A stretch of DNA of 64,000 nt, from NCBI GenBank assembly GCA_030141605.1, contig JAQGDQ010000029.1:620001-684000 (forward strand), written 5' to 3'. The DNA is from Tubiluchus corallicola (taxonomy: Eukaryota; Animalia; Priapulida). Position numbers and translations under genes: made by a program. Numbering within the stretch: the stretch's first letter is position 1; each line of letters starts with the position of its first letter. This document shows, in pieces, positions 26,712-38,604 of this stretch. A model generated the notes under the pieces. It had not been told where the DNA came from. It ran no database searches and worked only from the letters and a program-made list of their open reading frames with translations.

Positions 26712-27550
26712 ATTATGTTTGACATGAAATTGATATGTATTATCGAGTTGCAGAATTGGCTTAGAAAAATTTGATATTGAACAGTGTTCCAAAACCAAAG
26801 TACCATGTCTTATACCGTACCTCTGAAGAACACGAGTGTTTTATTAATAGTTATTGTACTTTATTATAAACTTTTGTTAATATCGTAGGTTTACTTTATT
26901 TTTAATTGTTGTGATTTTGGCATAAATCCCTAATCAAATAGACGTATCCAACTATTATACATAGCCAAGCTCTAAATAATACAACGAGCCTTTGTTAATT
27001 GAGTAAGCTATTCCTGAATGTATGCATACATGTAACATTGCGACAAGAGCAAATCATAATATCCATAAAATCATTCCACTGAGCATAACAACCTAACATT
27101 TCTCAAACCTAACAAGCCATAGCTTCATATCAGTATCAGACATATAACCTGGAAGATCGTTGATAGCTAAAATCGTAATGTTGTTTTCTGTTTTAGTTTC
27201 ATTGTACAAGCATGCTTGTGTTGAAATAAACTTTGTTATATGGATTTCAAATAAATTCCGTCCATTGAGTCAAAGTTCCCGCAGTTCACGGTTTTTCTAT
27301 ATTAAATTATGTAATTTTAAAAGCTTCAACTTTGAGCCGATTTTACGATGCAGCATGGACAGTTAGTGGTCACTGTTGAAGAAACACGTTTCAAGAAACT
27401 TATCCGGTAAAGATTTTTGCATAACTGAAATTTCCACAAAGATAAGCATAATATTTAAATCAATAATACTAAATTCACCTGCACAGTTTACTATTCTCGA
27501 CTTCAGCCTGGACGTTTTAGCGGAAGCACCGTAGGTCTATTTCTTTGCAG

Positions 27551-27735
27551 GTAATGGGAATAGTTTTACATCATTTCACAATGCAATCGGAATAAAGCTA
27601 ACATGGCGATATTTCGTAGGAAACTTAGCAAGAAAACAACAGCTGGAATTTGATTGACAATTTTCAAAATGAACGAACCCAACAATTTGTCTGGAGAGCA
27701 CCATCACGTGGAACAGAAACAAACTTTGAAACTAG
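27551..27735 (+). pseudogene. Decayed copy of Reeler exon 2
   Basis: 27679-27711 matches 11445-11477 at 28/33 nt (QQFVWRAPSRG vs QQFIWRAPPHG); upstream part has stops and frameshifts; preceded by acceptor-like TTCTTTGCAG. Confidence 0.7.
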
Positions 27736-30369
27736 TCAAAATACAAAAATCATAAAAAATTATTTAAAAATAAAGTGGCATCAATACTGAAATTGATAAT
27801 GTTTGGTTGTAAACCTAGTCTTAATATTCAAGGCAGCTCTGCACCTTTATCACATGTTTAATCCTACCCACCCACTCCTTTGTACCAATCCTCTGTCACT
27901 GTTGATATTTTCCACTCATTAACGGGCTTCTATATGATTACAAGTGATTAACTATCTTTATAATAATTACAAGCCTGTACAGGCCGTCATATTATAATTA
28001 CAGGCCTGTACAGTATAGTTCATTCTAGTGATGATGAGTGACCTGTTACTGTAGATGTCTGGAAATTTTATTGCCTCTTGGAATTTTGCTTAACAAGAAA
28101 GCTTTCGCATATTCCTATACTGCTGATATGCCTGACCATCCGCCGCTGAATGAGTCGACCGTTCTCATGCATCGTGGCTGTACAGTTACATTATGTATAA
28201 ACGTTGTACCCTTTTCTACTAGAAAGTAACCAGCTTGCGTGCGGACAAAAGCTCATTGACGTTTATTGGTAATAGATGGCGCTACGATGTTATACCCGCG
28301 TTTATGCTAACAGTTATTGCTGTTATATTAATTTTGTGCAAAAATTGGGTGTCACAAGTGGAGCTTGCGAAAAGGTTTTGTTTCCTCGCATTCGTTGTAA
28401 TGAATTTGCACAGCAATAGCAAATTTAAAGCAAAAAGTTTAAACGTTTTAAAAGTTGAAAACCAAATACAAACGCTGAAGGATGTTTCTAACTATGAGTG
28501 TACGGGCATCCCAGCTAAAAACGCTTTATATGTGCTGTAAAATTTCCTAACGTTCCATCAGAGAATTTTTCCTCATTTTTGACGGCATTTTTGTATTAAC
28601 TTATATCTAGTGATGCAAATTGCTGTATAATTGATATTCTAGTAGAATGTCATGCCCTTACGTCTTACACCCCTCCCTGGGCTAACCTTAATTCCCCGCT
28701 AATTCGTGCATATTAAATTCGTGTTTAAAAAGCCATTTGCAAAAATATAAGGTGGAAGCGCCATTGTTTGAGCATCCACTTTCGATCACCAACAGTGTGT
28801 GAAATTTAAAATTAGCTGATTTAGTCAATTTTAACCACTTCCTGTTCTTTCACGAGCTGACAACGCCCCATGTCATTTAAAACATTTGAAGGAGTTGTTG
28901 AGTTGTTTCTATAACCGTCGGACGCTACTAAATTAGCTTCATAAAATTAAAAAGAGCACTCCTGCAGGGCTAATCCGCAAGGTCAAATTGCAGCAGTGGG
29001 TTGTTGCTATCACAGTGGGCTTCCACTTTTAAAGTAATAGCAACCTTGGTTACAGCAATGCTTTACGAAATACCTATGAATATTAACTTTAATTAATAAT
29101 TAACCACATTAAATGTTCTGTAATCATTTTTACCATATAACGCAATGTCTAATGAGTCGGTCTGTATACCGCAAATGCAGCTTTCTATAATTAACCTGTT
29201 TCTTTTATCTTTTATCTTATTTCCCGGTAAATAATTTATGGGAAATTATTTCGCATTTCCATTTTATTTCATTTCAAAAAATGTCACCATCTAAATTGAT
29301 CATAATCATTTATAATCGTCGTATCATTATGAAAGTTTAGATTTTTGAGTTTGATTTTAACTGTTTAGATAAAAAATGATTTTGCATTGTTCTTTACGTG
29401 GCTGCTGCAGAAAACTTTTTAATTTCAACTTTTCCATTTTTATGCAATTACAGCAACGCAAAGTTTTCGTCAAGACTTTTCTTGACCTACAAGACTTAGT
29501 AAGGCTTCAATGTTTTTCGAGCTGTAGTCAGTTATGGCGGTGGTTAAATTTCAAGATTTGCAAGCAGTCGTACTCTTGTAATCTTGCAAAGTGATTTAAG
29601 CTTCCCTTGAGGAATCCCCAGGTGCAATAGTCAGGTGAAGTTATCTTACTAAAGTTAATAGCATGCCTGTTGCAAAACAGTATCTGTTTCATTTCTACGC
29701 TTTCAATAGTTTTACGCTCATTTAAACCTGCTAATGTGCCATGAAAAAAAGAAGTTCGGCTGTAAGTGACGACTTTCAGGAAGAACATTGGATATGGCCT
29801 GCGTGGGCGTCCACTACAGTAAATACATAATAACAACGTGAGGAACTACTGTGAGAAAAGCGGCTTGGATTATTGATGCTGCTACATTGATTGATATGCC
29901 TCTTTGGTTTCACAAAAAAAGTTTATAACGAGAATTCTGAACGACCCTCCCCCGTCGTTTTTGTTGCTAGACAGCTGTGCTTTCAGCATCACTCCCGGGG
30001 GAGGAATGAAAATGAACTTAGCGTGGTGAGTTTATTCAAGAAATAGTTTCTCACGGAACCCTCTACAACTTATAAACCAAGTGAGTTGTTATACAATAAC
30101 TCAATAAATCTATTATAGTGGCCTTGCATAATTATATATATATAATCATACAGGTGCAAAATTTGATGCTGCTGTTATTAACACAAACATGATAACTTGG
30201 AATTCTGTTTAGATGTTAGCACCTATACTTTCGCCATTCACTTAGTTAGTTTTCTGGCTTCACACTGATTTGGTAGTCTAAACGCTCTGCTTGTCAAACC
30301 ACCGGGGTAAAAAAATCTATTAATTACTGATTGGTAATAAGTATAATAAATAGGCTATTTATTGAGTTG

Positions 30370-30371
<2 letters not shown>

Positions 30372-30455
<84 letters not shown>

Positions 30456-30490
30456 TCTCCCTCCCTCCCTCCCTCTCTCCCTCCCTCCCT

Positions 30491-30557
<67 letters not shown>

Positions 30558-30566
30558 CCTCCCTCC

Positions 30567-30597
<31 letters not shown>

Positions 30598-30670
30598 CCA
30601 CTCACTCTCTCCTCCTCTCTCTCTCTCTCCTCCCGCCTTCTTGCCACTCTTCTCCTTCCTCTCTTCCTCA
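30372..30670. repeat. (CT)n/(CCCT)n microsatellite
   Basis: Read directly from the sequence. Confidence 0.97.
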
Positions 30671-31809
30671 CGGTTGTTTTATCTCACCTTTGATCAAACA
30701 TCAAAAATGTCTCAAACAAAATGAAAAATAAAAACACATATTTCAGGACGCTGCTGACCCCATCTATGCTGCCTTCAGTGTTTCTTATGTACTAAATAAA
30801 TTTTACGCAACTTTTAGTATACTCATTATTATATTGAAAGCATACTGTTGGTATATACGTATACTAAGTTTATACTTATTAATATACAACTTTTCTACAA
30901 ATTGTTCTAATTCCTGTCGCCATGTAAAAGAATTGCTTCCATGTAAAACATGCAGTAACTCTTTTTTTATTGGGGTTGCCAATGGTTAAAAATTCTTTCT
31001 TTCGAAAGAAATGTCCCAAAATGTATAAACGGTTTGTGTACAGGGGTGTTCATGACATCAATCACTTGTGAATAGGTGTATTACAATTTGACTTTTAAAT
31101 CACAAATTTAAACCACTCTTTGAGTAATCAAAGAACCTTTATGTTAATAATAACACTATTCGAAGGTGACTTTTGGTTCTGTCTAGGATTTCTTAATAAT
31201 TCAATTCAAAAAATCTTTATTTACATTAGTCACGTTCTGCCACAGATGTTACCATCACTAAAACTAATAAAATTATAATTATTCAACAATAATGTATTGT
31301 TGTCAGTAATAATGAATTGAAATGCTAAACTTTTACTTCTCAACGCTTGAATCAAGATCTAAAAGTAAATACGAATTGAAAGCCTGTAAAAACATGGTCT
31401 AAACACTCACCTTGTGGCAGGTCCCTGGATCAATTCCAAGCTGTGTTAAACTTTCTTACCTAATGATTCTTTAAAGCAAGTTTGGGTTTAAAACTCCACT
31501 ATCGATCTTAATATTAATGTTATGAATAGTGCAATTGTAGTCTCATTTTAGAGGCTTGCAACAAAACTTTTACCTACTAACCTGGAGATGCTGAATAGCA
31601 AAATTAATCTATTGCACGTATTACTAGCCATTACTCAACATGAGTTAACCCTTGAAAGTACTGAGTAATGAGTTGGTTAGTTTACCACTAGAAACAGGAT
31701 TGAACTAATACATTTTTGACCGTGGTTGCATAATGTAGCGAGTGACATCTAATGTACACACTTAATGTGATTTTCTATGTAATCTAAAACGTCCCTGATT
31801 CAAATGATC

Positions 31810-32100
31810 AATTATCATCATCATAATAACTACTGTCATCGTTGCTACTTTTATCGTTTTGTTGCTGTCATTGTTCTTGTTGCCATTACAATTTTCGTTG
31901 TAGTTTTTGCTGTTGTTATTGCTCTTGTTGTTATTGCCAATGTCGTCGTCGTTATTGCTATTGGGATTGTTATTGCTGCTGCTGTTCTTCTTCTCGTTCT
32001 TGCTGTATATTTGTGTCTTGCTTGCTATTTTTGTTATCATTCATCATCACCATCATCATCGTCATCGTCGTCGTCATCATGATACTGTTGTTGTTACAAT
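31810..32100. repeat. Degenerate trinucleotide low-complexity tract (GTT/CAT/CGT)
   Basis: Read directly from the sequence. Confidence 0.85.
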
Positions 32101-32141
32101 TATTTTGTAATGAGATATAATAATGGTCTCTTTTCTGGTTA

Positions 32142-32370
32142 GTATCAAATTTTCCAGTACCAAAATTTCCTAGTACTGTCTTGCTACCAAAACATCTTAC
32201 TACCACAGTTTCTTAGTATTATAAACATTCATTTTCCTTATACCAAACATTCATATGTTTTGCCTGTACCAAATTTGCCTGCACCAAAATTCTATGTACT
32301 AAAAATTCCTCGTATCAAATTTACCTGTACCAAACTTGTCGACACCAAACTTACTTGTACCAAACTTTTC
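32142..32370 (+). repeat. Degenerate 15-16-bp TACCAAA minisatellite, copy 2
   Basis: Same unit and orientation as 20311-20457, more decayed. Confidence 0.75.
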
Positions 32371-32940
32371 AACATTCTAACTTCTAACAAGGTATTTAGA
32401 CAGTATAAGTTGAATTAAACGGTACATTACCTTTACGGGGGGCCATTCATCTATTTGCTCACAAAATGCAATGCATTACAAGACTTATTTCATGATTGTT
32501 ATTTGTATATAAGTCTAAAAATAGTTGTATAAAATGTTATGATTTGAGAGGTGGCTGAAGTAGATTCTGAAGTCTGTTCAAGTTTATGAACCGCCTGCTG
32601 CTATATCCATAAAATGGGAGGAAATTATTTGAGCTGCAGTGCTTTTAACTCTTTCTCTGTATAGCAGGCAGGTGTGCTACTCAAGAAGTCGCCTGCTCAG
32701 GTGACCTATATCTCTCCCACCTGCCTTGGTAATATGGTAAACACTAGTGTCGTGACATGTTGCATAATAGTTCACATAAAATTTATTAATACTGTAAAAT
32801 GGGAGCCAAATCATTATCGTCTGTCATATAATTAGACCCAATTACTTCTTTGCTAATAGTCTTAACTTGCAGAATAATGATAGGATGCAATTGAGTTTTT
32901 GTAAACAAACTTAACCGAAAGAAAGGAAACATGAAAATTG

Positions 32941-33003
32941 GGACAGAATTTGAACCAATGATCAATGATTACGTTTAACGCCATGACCATTCGACCACAC
33001 TAC
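32941..33003 (-). mobile_element. tRNA-derived SINE head / tRNA relic
   Basis: Minus strand has A box TGGTCGAATGG and B box GGTTCAAATTC at tRNA-like spacing; no intact cloverleaf. Confidence 0.45.
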
Positions 33004-35327
33004 TCCTTGTGATCAAAATCTAATTAGTTAGTTTTCGATTTCGAAAAGTTCCTTATTATAATGAAATTTTTTAAATCACATTATCAGTAGGAATAAACTA
33101 ATTTACTAAGATAAGTAACCCATGATGTTTAAGACAATAAGCTGTGTAAAAATACCGGTAAATTACTGTTAAAGTATTAAAGCACATTCAAAAATAAATT
33201 CAATATAAGCTGAAATATAAACCTAAGTAATATGAATTTAAGAAAGCAATTTTGTAATTTTAATATTCAGTATTTCACTGCAGCTAGCTAAGAGTGTGAT
33301 GAGCAATGATTTTTAAATAAGTTTGTAGATAGATAAAATTTAATTAAGCAATTAATTTTTTATAATTGCTAAGAAGCGCTTCCCTCGTAAATTATTCATC
33401 GCTTCCGTTTCTCAGATTAGATGACATTTCTTACTCAATGTACCGTAACAGCAGCACGCGTTAGGAATCTTTTTACTGCATCCTCCCCCTCTCCTGAACT
33501 ACCTGAAATAATCACCTGCCGTCTGGTACATCTCTGCTGCTTTCTGGCCTTTTAACCGGACTACTTTTTAAATGAACACCTGCATGCAAATAACAGCGGC
33601 TGTTCTCGGCGACGAGTATGCTCCCCGATGCAGCACAAAAACACGAGCATTTTTAGCATTTTCAAGTAGGTATCTGTCACAAAGAGAAGCTGTTAATAAC
33701 TTGGGGCATACTCAAGAAATATCCTCAGTTACCCTTCCGAGTTGAAACATGAATTTTGTGCCTCGTGAGGGCTGCTACAGCTAAAAGCGTGTAGTAAGGC
33801 CTTCAAGTCTCGTGACTTGTGTTCTAATTGCACGAAATTTAGCCTAGTTATTACTCAATAATTTATTAGTTTAATTACTACTTATCGGCATCATCTGTAA
33901 ACAAAAATAACCATCTTTAAATCATCACGATAAATAAGCAAAACAATCTATAGTGTTACCGTCTCACTGTAGGTCTATAAGTTCAACGCATAATCACCGT
34001 TCTCAGATGAAATTGTGATGGCGAAATTTTAGTGCTTTAGTTGATGGTAAAAAGTTCATTTACAGCAAACGTAACTTATTGCATTTTCGCTAAGTGTACA
34101 ATTTTAAAATTAGACATCTAATACTCATGCAACTAAGTACACCCAAGTGAAAAAGACCATCTAAATTTTGAAATACTGGAGCGAAATAGACGTGCATTTT
34201 TATTTCTGCATTAGGGAAATAAATATGCTAATTGGACTTACATGAAGGGACATACGCATGCATGCAAAACCCATGTTTTATCAGAAGTAAAGGAACTGTG
34301 TGCATGATTTGTCATGCCAAAATTTAAAAAATAATAATGTGTAAGCAAAAAACATTTAAAATGACCTTCAAAAATTTGATTGACTATTTTAGACATATAA
34401 AAATTCCTTTTCTTACGACACAAACAAGGCTTAACGCTGAAATGTCAGTTTCTGAAGATCTATACGATCGCGAACAACTGCACAGATAATTTTGTTAGTC
34501 TATAAAATTGTTAATAATAAGCTATTGATGCTAAAACGGTTTGCGGCAGCTGCAAAAAATACAACAATTAGGAAACCCAGTAATGCAATGTTGCTTTACA
34601 GCACAATATTGTTCATGTCACGTCTTTTAATTAGGCGTATAATGCCAACGTTTAAACAAAACATCTCAATAATTCAGCCTATAATAAAACCATATGTCGC
34701 CATTAATAATTACAGTACTTAGTGAGGGTGGCTTATAAAAATAGACCTTTGTATAGACATTAGCCATATGTCACACTTGCTATATAGATGTGTCTTATAT
34801 ACTCACTAATATACTTCATAGGCGAAGTATTATCAACTAGTCTAAAATTCAACAAATATGTTACTTATTGATTGCAACAACATTGAATCTCCAAATCCTT
34901 CACTTATTTTGATTTTGGTTATATATTTTAAAGAGCTGTCGTTAAATTATTAATTAATGTTTGCAATTATAATCTTGCTTCTGGTCAAATATGCATGTAA
35001 AAGAGCGCTTATACAAAGGCACCCTGGTTGTCCAAGCGATTGGGCTGACAAAGCTCATTTTACCTTTCATAAAAATAAGTCGAATACATTCACAAATTAC
35101 TAATGATAATTAAATACCAGCTGAAAGACGGTTAAACAGAGGCGCTCTAAACTACAAAGTCCTTTTAGTCATCCTTAAAAAAAGATGCTAAAACGTTCCA
35201 TTAAATAACCAAATAAGTACAAGTATTAAATAGTCGTGGGTACCAGAGAAACTACATAAAACATTGGCAATTACAATAAGAAGGCGATCAAATTACGAAT
35301 CTGACTTTTGTAGTGAATAATGGCCAG

Positions 35328-35328
<1 letters not shown>

Positions 35329-35359
<31 letters not shown>
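35329..35359. repeat. (CA)n microsatellite
   Basis: Read directly from the sequence. Confidence 0.9.
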
Positions 35360-35364
<5 letters not shown>

Positions 35365-36754
35365 GCAGTCATTATGCTAAATTAATCTCTATAATTGTAA
35401 CAGAAATTATGTAATTCTTTTCTTCATATAAATGCATTAGCATATGACAGCCATTCATTTATCTTGCGTGTGAGTGATGTTGTGGTGAGTGATGACGTGT
35501 GATGATGTGATGGTGTGAGTGATGATGTGGTGAGTACAAACAAAACGCGGATACAAAAATCTCTGGCACTAATAAGAAATACAGAATTTTACAAAGACCT
35601 ATTTCTGCCTTCAAATTTCGCAGGAACTTCAGGTCATAAATTCTTAATAAGACCACCCACACTAGCTCTCCTTCCCTATCCCTAGTACTTTGGTGATAGT
35701 ACATGTGGTAATCTAGAGTTCGTTTCGGTACTTATTCCTCGTTACAGGTCTACATTCGTTTTCTCTTATTACAAACGTTCTTTATAGAGAAGCATTTTAC
35801 GGTTATTGCACATTTGTGATTAAAAAAGCTAGAAGCACAATTTCACTAGCCCAGCTCATTTTGTTTAACCTCCGAAGGTACTTTCTTGTAATTTCCTCGC
35901 CCTGTTCAGTCCTTACTAAAGATCTTTTCAAATAAACTTCTTCATGTCTCTTCTCAACAAATTGAACTAATTTTCTTTCACTCGTTCACGTATACCAATT
36001 AACTCCATCCTGTCTAAACAGCCAATTTTACTGATCTACTGCAGTGTTATTACCTGCCTGGACACTCTCGCCAAGGCAGGACACTGGTCACTCCACCGGT
36101 AAGAGTTCTTTTAAAACACTCTTTATTGTTAGGTTGTTATTTAGATTATAAGTAGCTATATGGCCAGTGGCTAGTAGCTATAGAATTAAGACGGTATTTA
36201 TGCATTGGGGTTCTATTGTAAGGAACTATTTTAACTAGCACGTATGTAAATAATGCAACGGCTATCCACTGTGCACTTTTGGTCACCGGTGACCTCAATT
36301 TTACAAATTGACCACTGACCCGTGGTGCAACGTACCGTGGAGGCTTGTCAAAAAAGCTAAATGCGTGCATGTAATTTCACATTAACAATGTTTTGGGTAA
36401 GACTTATTTTAACAAAAAGATTATTTTCTTTTCATAGCCAGTAGTAATATGAACGTTGAAACCTGAAATGCAGTCAAGATAGTAGTTCAACAAGGGTAGC
36501 TCTCGTAAGAATTTACTTGCGAGACAATAGTAGAACCTACCTGATCAACCATCATGCAATGTCCACAAGTTTTTTATGATATCAAAATTACATGTACGTC
36601 TGGGTTTCATTAATGTTTTTATTAGATCTATTAGTAGAAAGCAGCATATTGGTTCATGGAAGTCTTTATACTATACATGGATTCTATTAACGTTTAGTAA
36701 GGCAAACAAACATTGCGGCAAGCCCAAGAAAACTGTACTTCGCTTCAGATGATA

Positions 36755-37330
36755 TTCAATTTCAATTTCAATTTATTGCTCAAATACATATAATGTACAC
36801 TGGCAAAACACAGTACAATACATACATTTCTACTAATGCATATAACATATAAAATTGATTAATGTAAGCTTTGAGCAAAAGTTATTTTCAGTGATAGTAA
36901 TAATAATAACTAAGATTTTTGGTATAATTTGTACTGACAGTTAAGTTAGCTAACTAATTAAAAAGAAGTACACTGATACAAAATCACAGTTCTTCACATA
37001 CACATATTCTTCAGCAATGAAAGAAGAGGGAAAATGACATAAGAGTAGTATCTGTTCCAGCTATATGAATAAAAGTTTATAAAGAATAAATGATGAATGA
37101 GTTAAAAGAGAATTATGATCAAAGTTTGCTGTCGTAATGCTATTTTATTCTTCCCGGGAGATCAGAGAAGTTGTTGCCGATTTAAGTTTCTTGTGCTGAT
37201 GTGGTCTACGATCCAAACTTATAAATATGTGAAACATGAGCACAAAGTTTATATAAAAACAAAAGAAAAAATAATTAATAAACTAGCCTTTATGCAATAT
37301 ATAATTAAACAGACATGTTAAAAATATCAC
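36755..37330 (-). mobile_element. Possible decayed LINE 3' end
   Basis: Minus strand ends AATAAATTGAAATTGAAATTGAA (polyA signal + short tandem tail, as in CR1/L2-like elements); 5' extent uncertain; no intact RT motif. Confidence 0.3.
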
Positions 37331-38089
37331 AACTCTTAAGCAGTTGAATACTTCGGAGATTTCAATTCAGTTAAACTGAGTTTATTCAGGTGTGTTTTAT
37401 TCCTGATACTCTTAAGAGAAGAAAAATGAAGTCTGACTGTCCTGATGCGATTTTTAGACCGTGAAGCCTTGATGCAGTCGTTGGGGCTGTGTCGTCTAGG
37501 AAGCCTTACAAAGCGTGTGACACCGCTCGTACAAATATTAGCGTACAACAAGAGTACATTGGAGGCACAAATGCAATTCAGGTAGTAGTCTTGGGGTGTA
37601 CCTAAGTTCAGTATAGGTAAAATTGCAAGTTCACCACTACGACGAATTCAGGTACCACACTTTGGAAATCCGTACAACGTGTACCTGAATAACACTTAAA
37701 TGTTAGTCTTAAACTTCTCGCAAGTAGGCGCTCACGCTTTTAACCAATCACGGCTCTTGGGACAACTGTGAATCAGCTGAAATTCAGTAAACATTAGTGC
37801 ACGCAGGTGGCGGGCCTCATTTCTACATATTTGTGGGGTTTCTCTGTTTTTAATGGCGCTTATGATAATAATTTAATGATTAACTGATCGATTGATTTGC
37901 GACTTACGCCTTACACGAATTGTCTATTTTTAAATAATTTCTCTAAATAATTAGTAAAATAGCATGTTATGTTTTACAATCGTTGGCATTTGACTGTTGA
38001 CACTTGGGCAGTTAAAAAGACGCATATCTGTAGAACTAACATATAGATTGAATCATTCGAATTAATAATTATCTGCTTATACGATCAAT

Positions 38090-38192
38090 GTCTACGGCCA
38101 TATCACGTTGAAAATCACCGAACTTAAGCAACGTAGAGCCTGGTTAGTACTTGGATGGGTGACCGCCTAGGAATACCAGGTGCTGTAGGCTT
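38090..38192 (+). pseudogene. 5S rRNA-derived sequence (internally deleted; head of a SINE)
   Basis: GTCTACGGCCATATCACGTTGAAA...ATCACCGAACTTAAGCAACG...GGTTAGTACTTGGATGGGTGACCGCCTAGGAATACCAGGTGCTGTAGGCTT is clearly 5S. It is 103 nt vs about 120 nt normally, lacks the CTCGTCCG segment, is a single copy and has no oligo-T terminator. Confidence 0.93.
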
Positions 38193-38604
38193 GCGAGATG
38201 CCCACACTGTATCTCGACATTAGGCGGAGGAGCTGCACAAGCAGCCAACGGCTAGAAGGCGGAGGAGGTCAAGTGTTCCAACGGCCATGTGTAGAAGAGT
38301 AAACCTTCTAAATCAGGAGTTGAGCCCCGAAGGCTGACCAGTGCAGCATGCTCACTGACTCCGGCAGCTCCTGCAGCCAACCTGGTGCCAAACGTATCGC
38401 TCCGCTTTCCTTTGGACTACACCAGGGAAGAAGAGAGGGGTTTCCTGTTGTGTGGGCAACTCAGGATCTCCATACACCTTGCCCAGGCGTGCGCCCTGGA
38501 GAGGATTACTCAGCCACAGTCGACGCTGCAGCTCCATCAATGTGATCACTAACTGACTCTCTTAGCGCACACTCCATTGTCTTCCGAGACAGAAGGATGC
38601 CAAC
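38090..38604 (+). mobile_element. 5S-headed SINE (SINE3-type) with RTE-like body and tail
   Basis: 5S head fused to a ~410-bp GC-rich body; flanked by ATACGATCAAT (38079-38089) / ATATGATCATT (38605-38615), a 9/11 TSD. Body and 3' end resemble RTE-clade LINE 5' UTR and 3' terminus (recalled, not searched). Confidence 0.75.

Noticed and set aside
34418-34470. Resemblance to Penelope-associated minimal hammerhead repeats (AAGGCTTAACGCTGAAATGTCAG)
   Set aside because: The catalytic CTGANGA core is absent; at best a dead relic.
38090-38192. Functional 5S rRNA gene
   Set aside because: Internal deletion, no T-run terminator, not in a tandem array, and fused to a SINE-like body.
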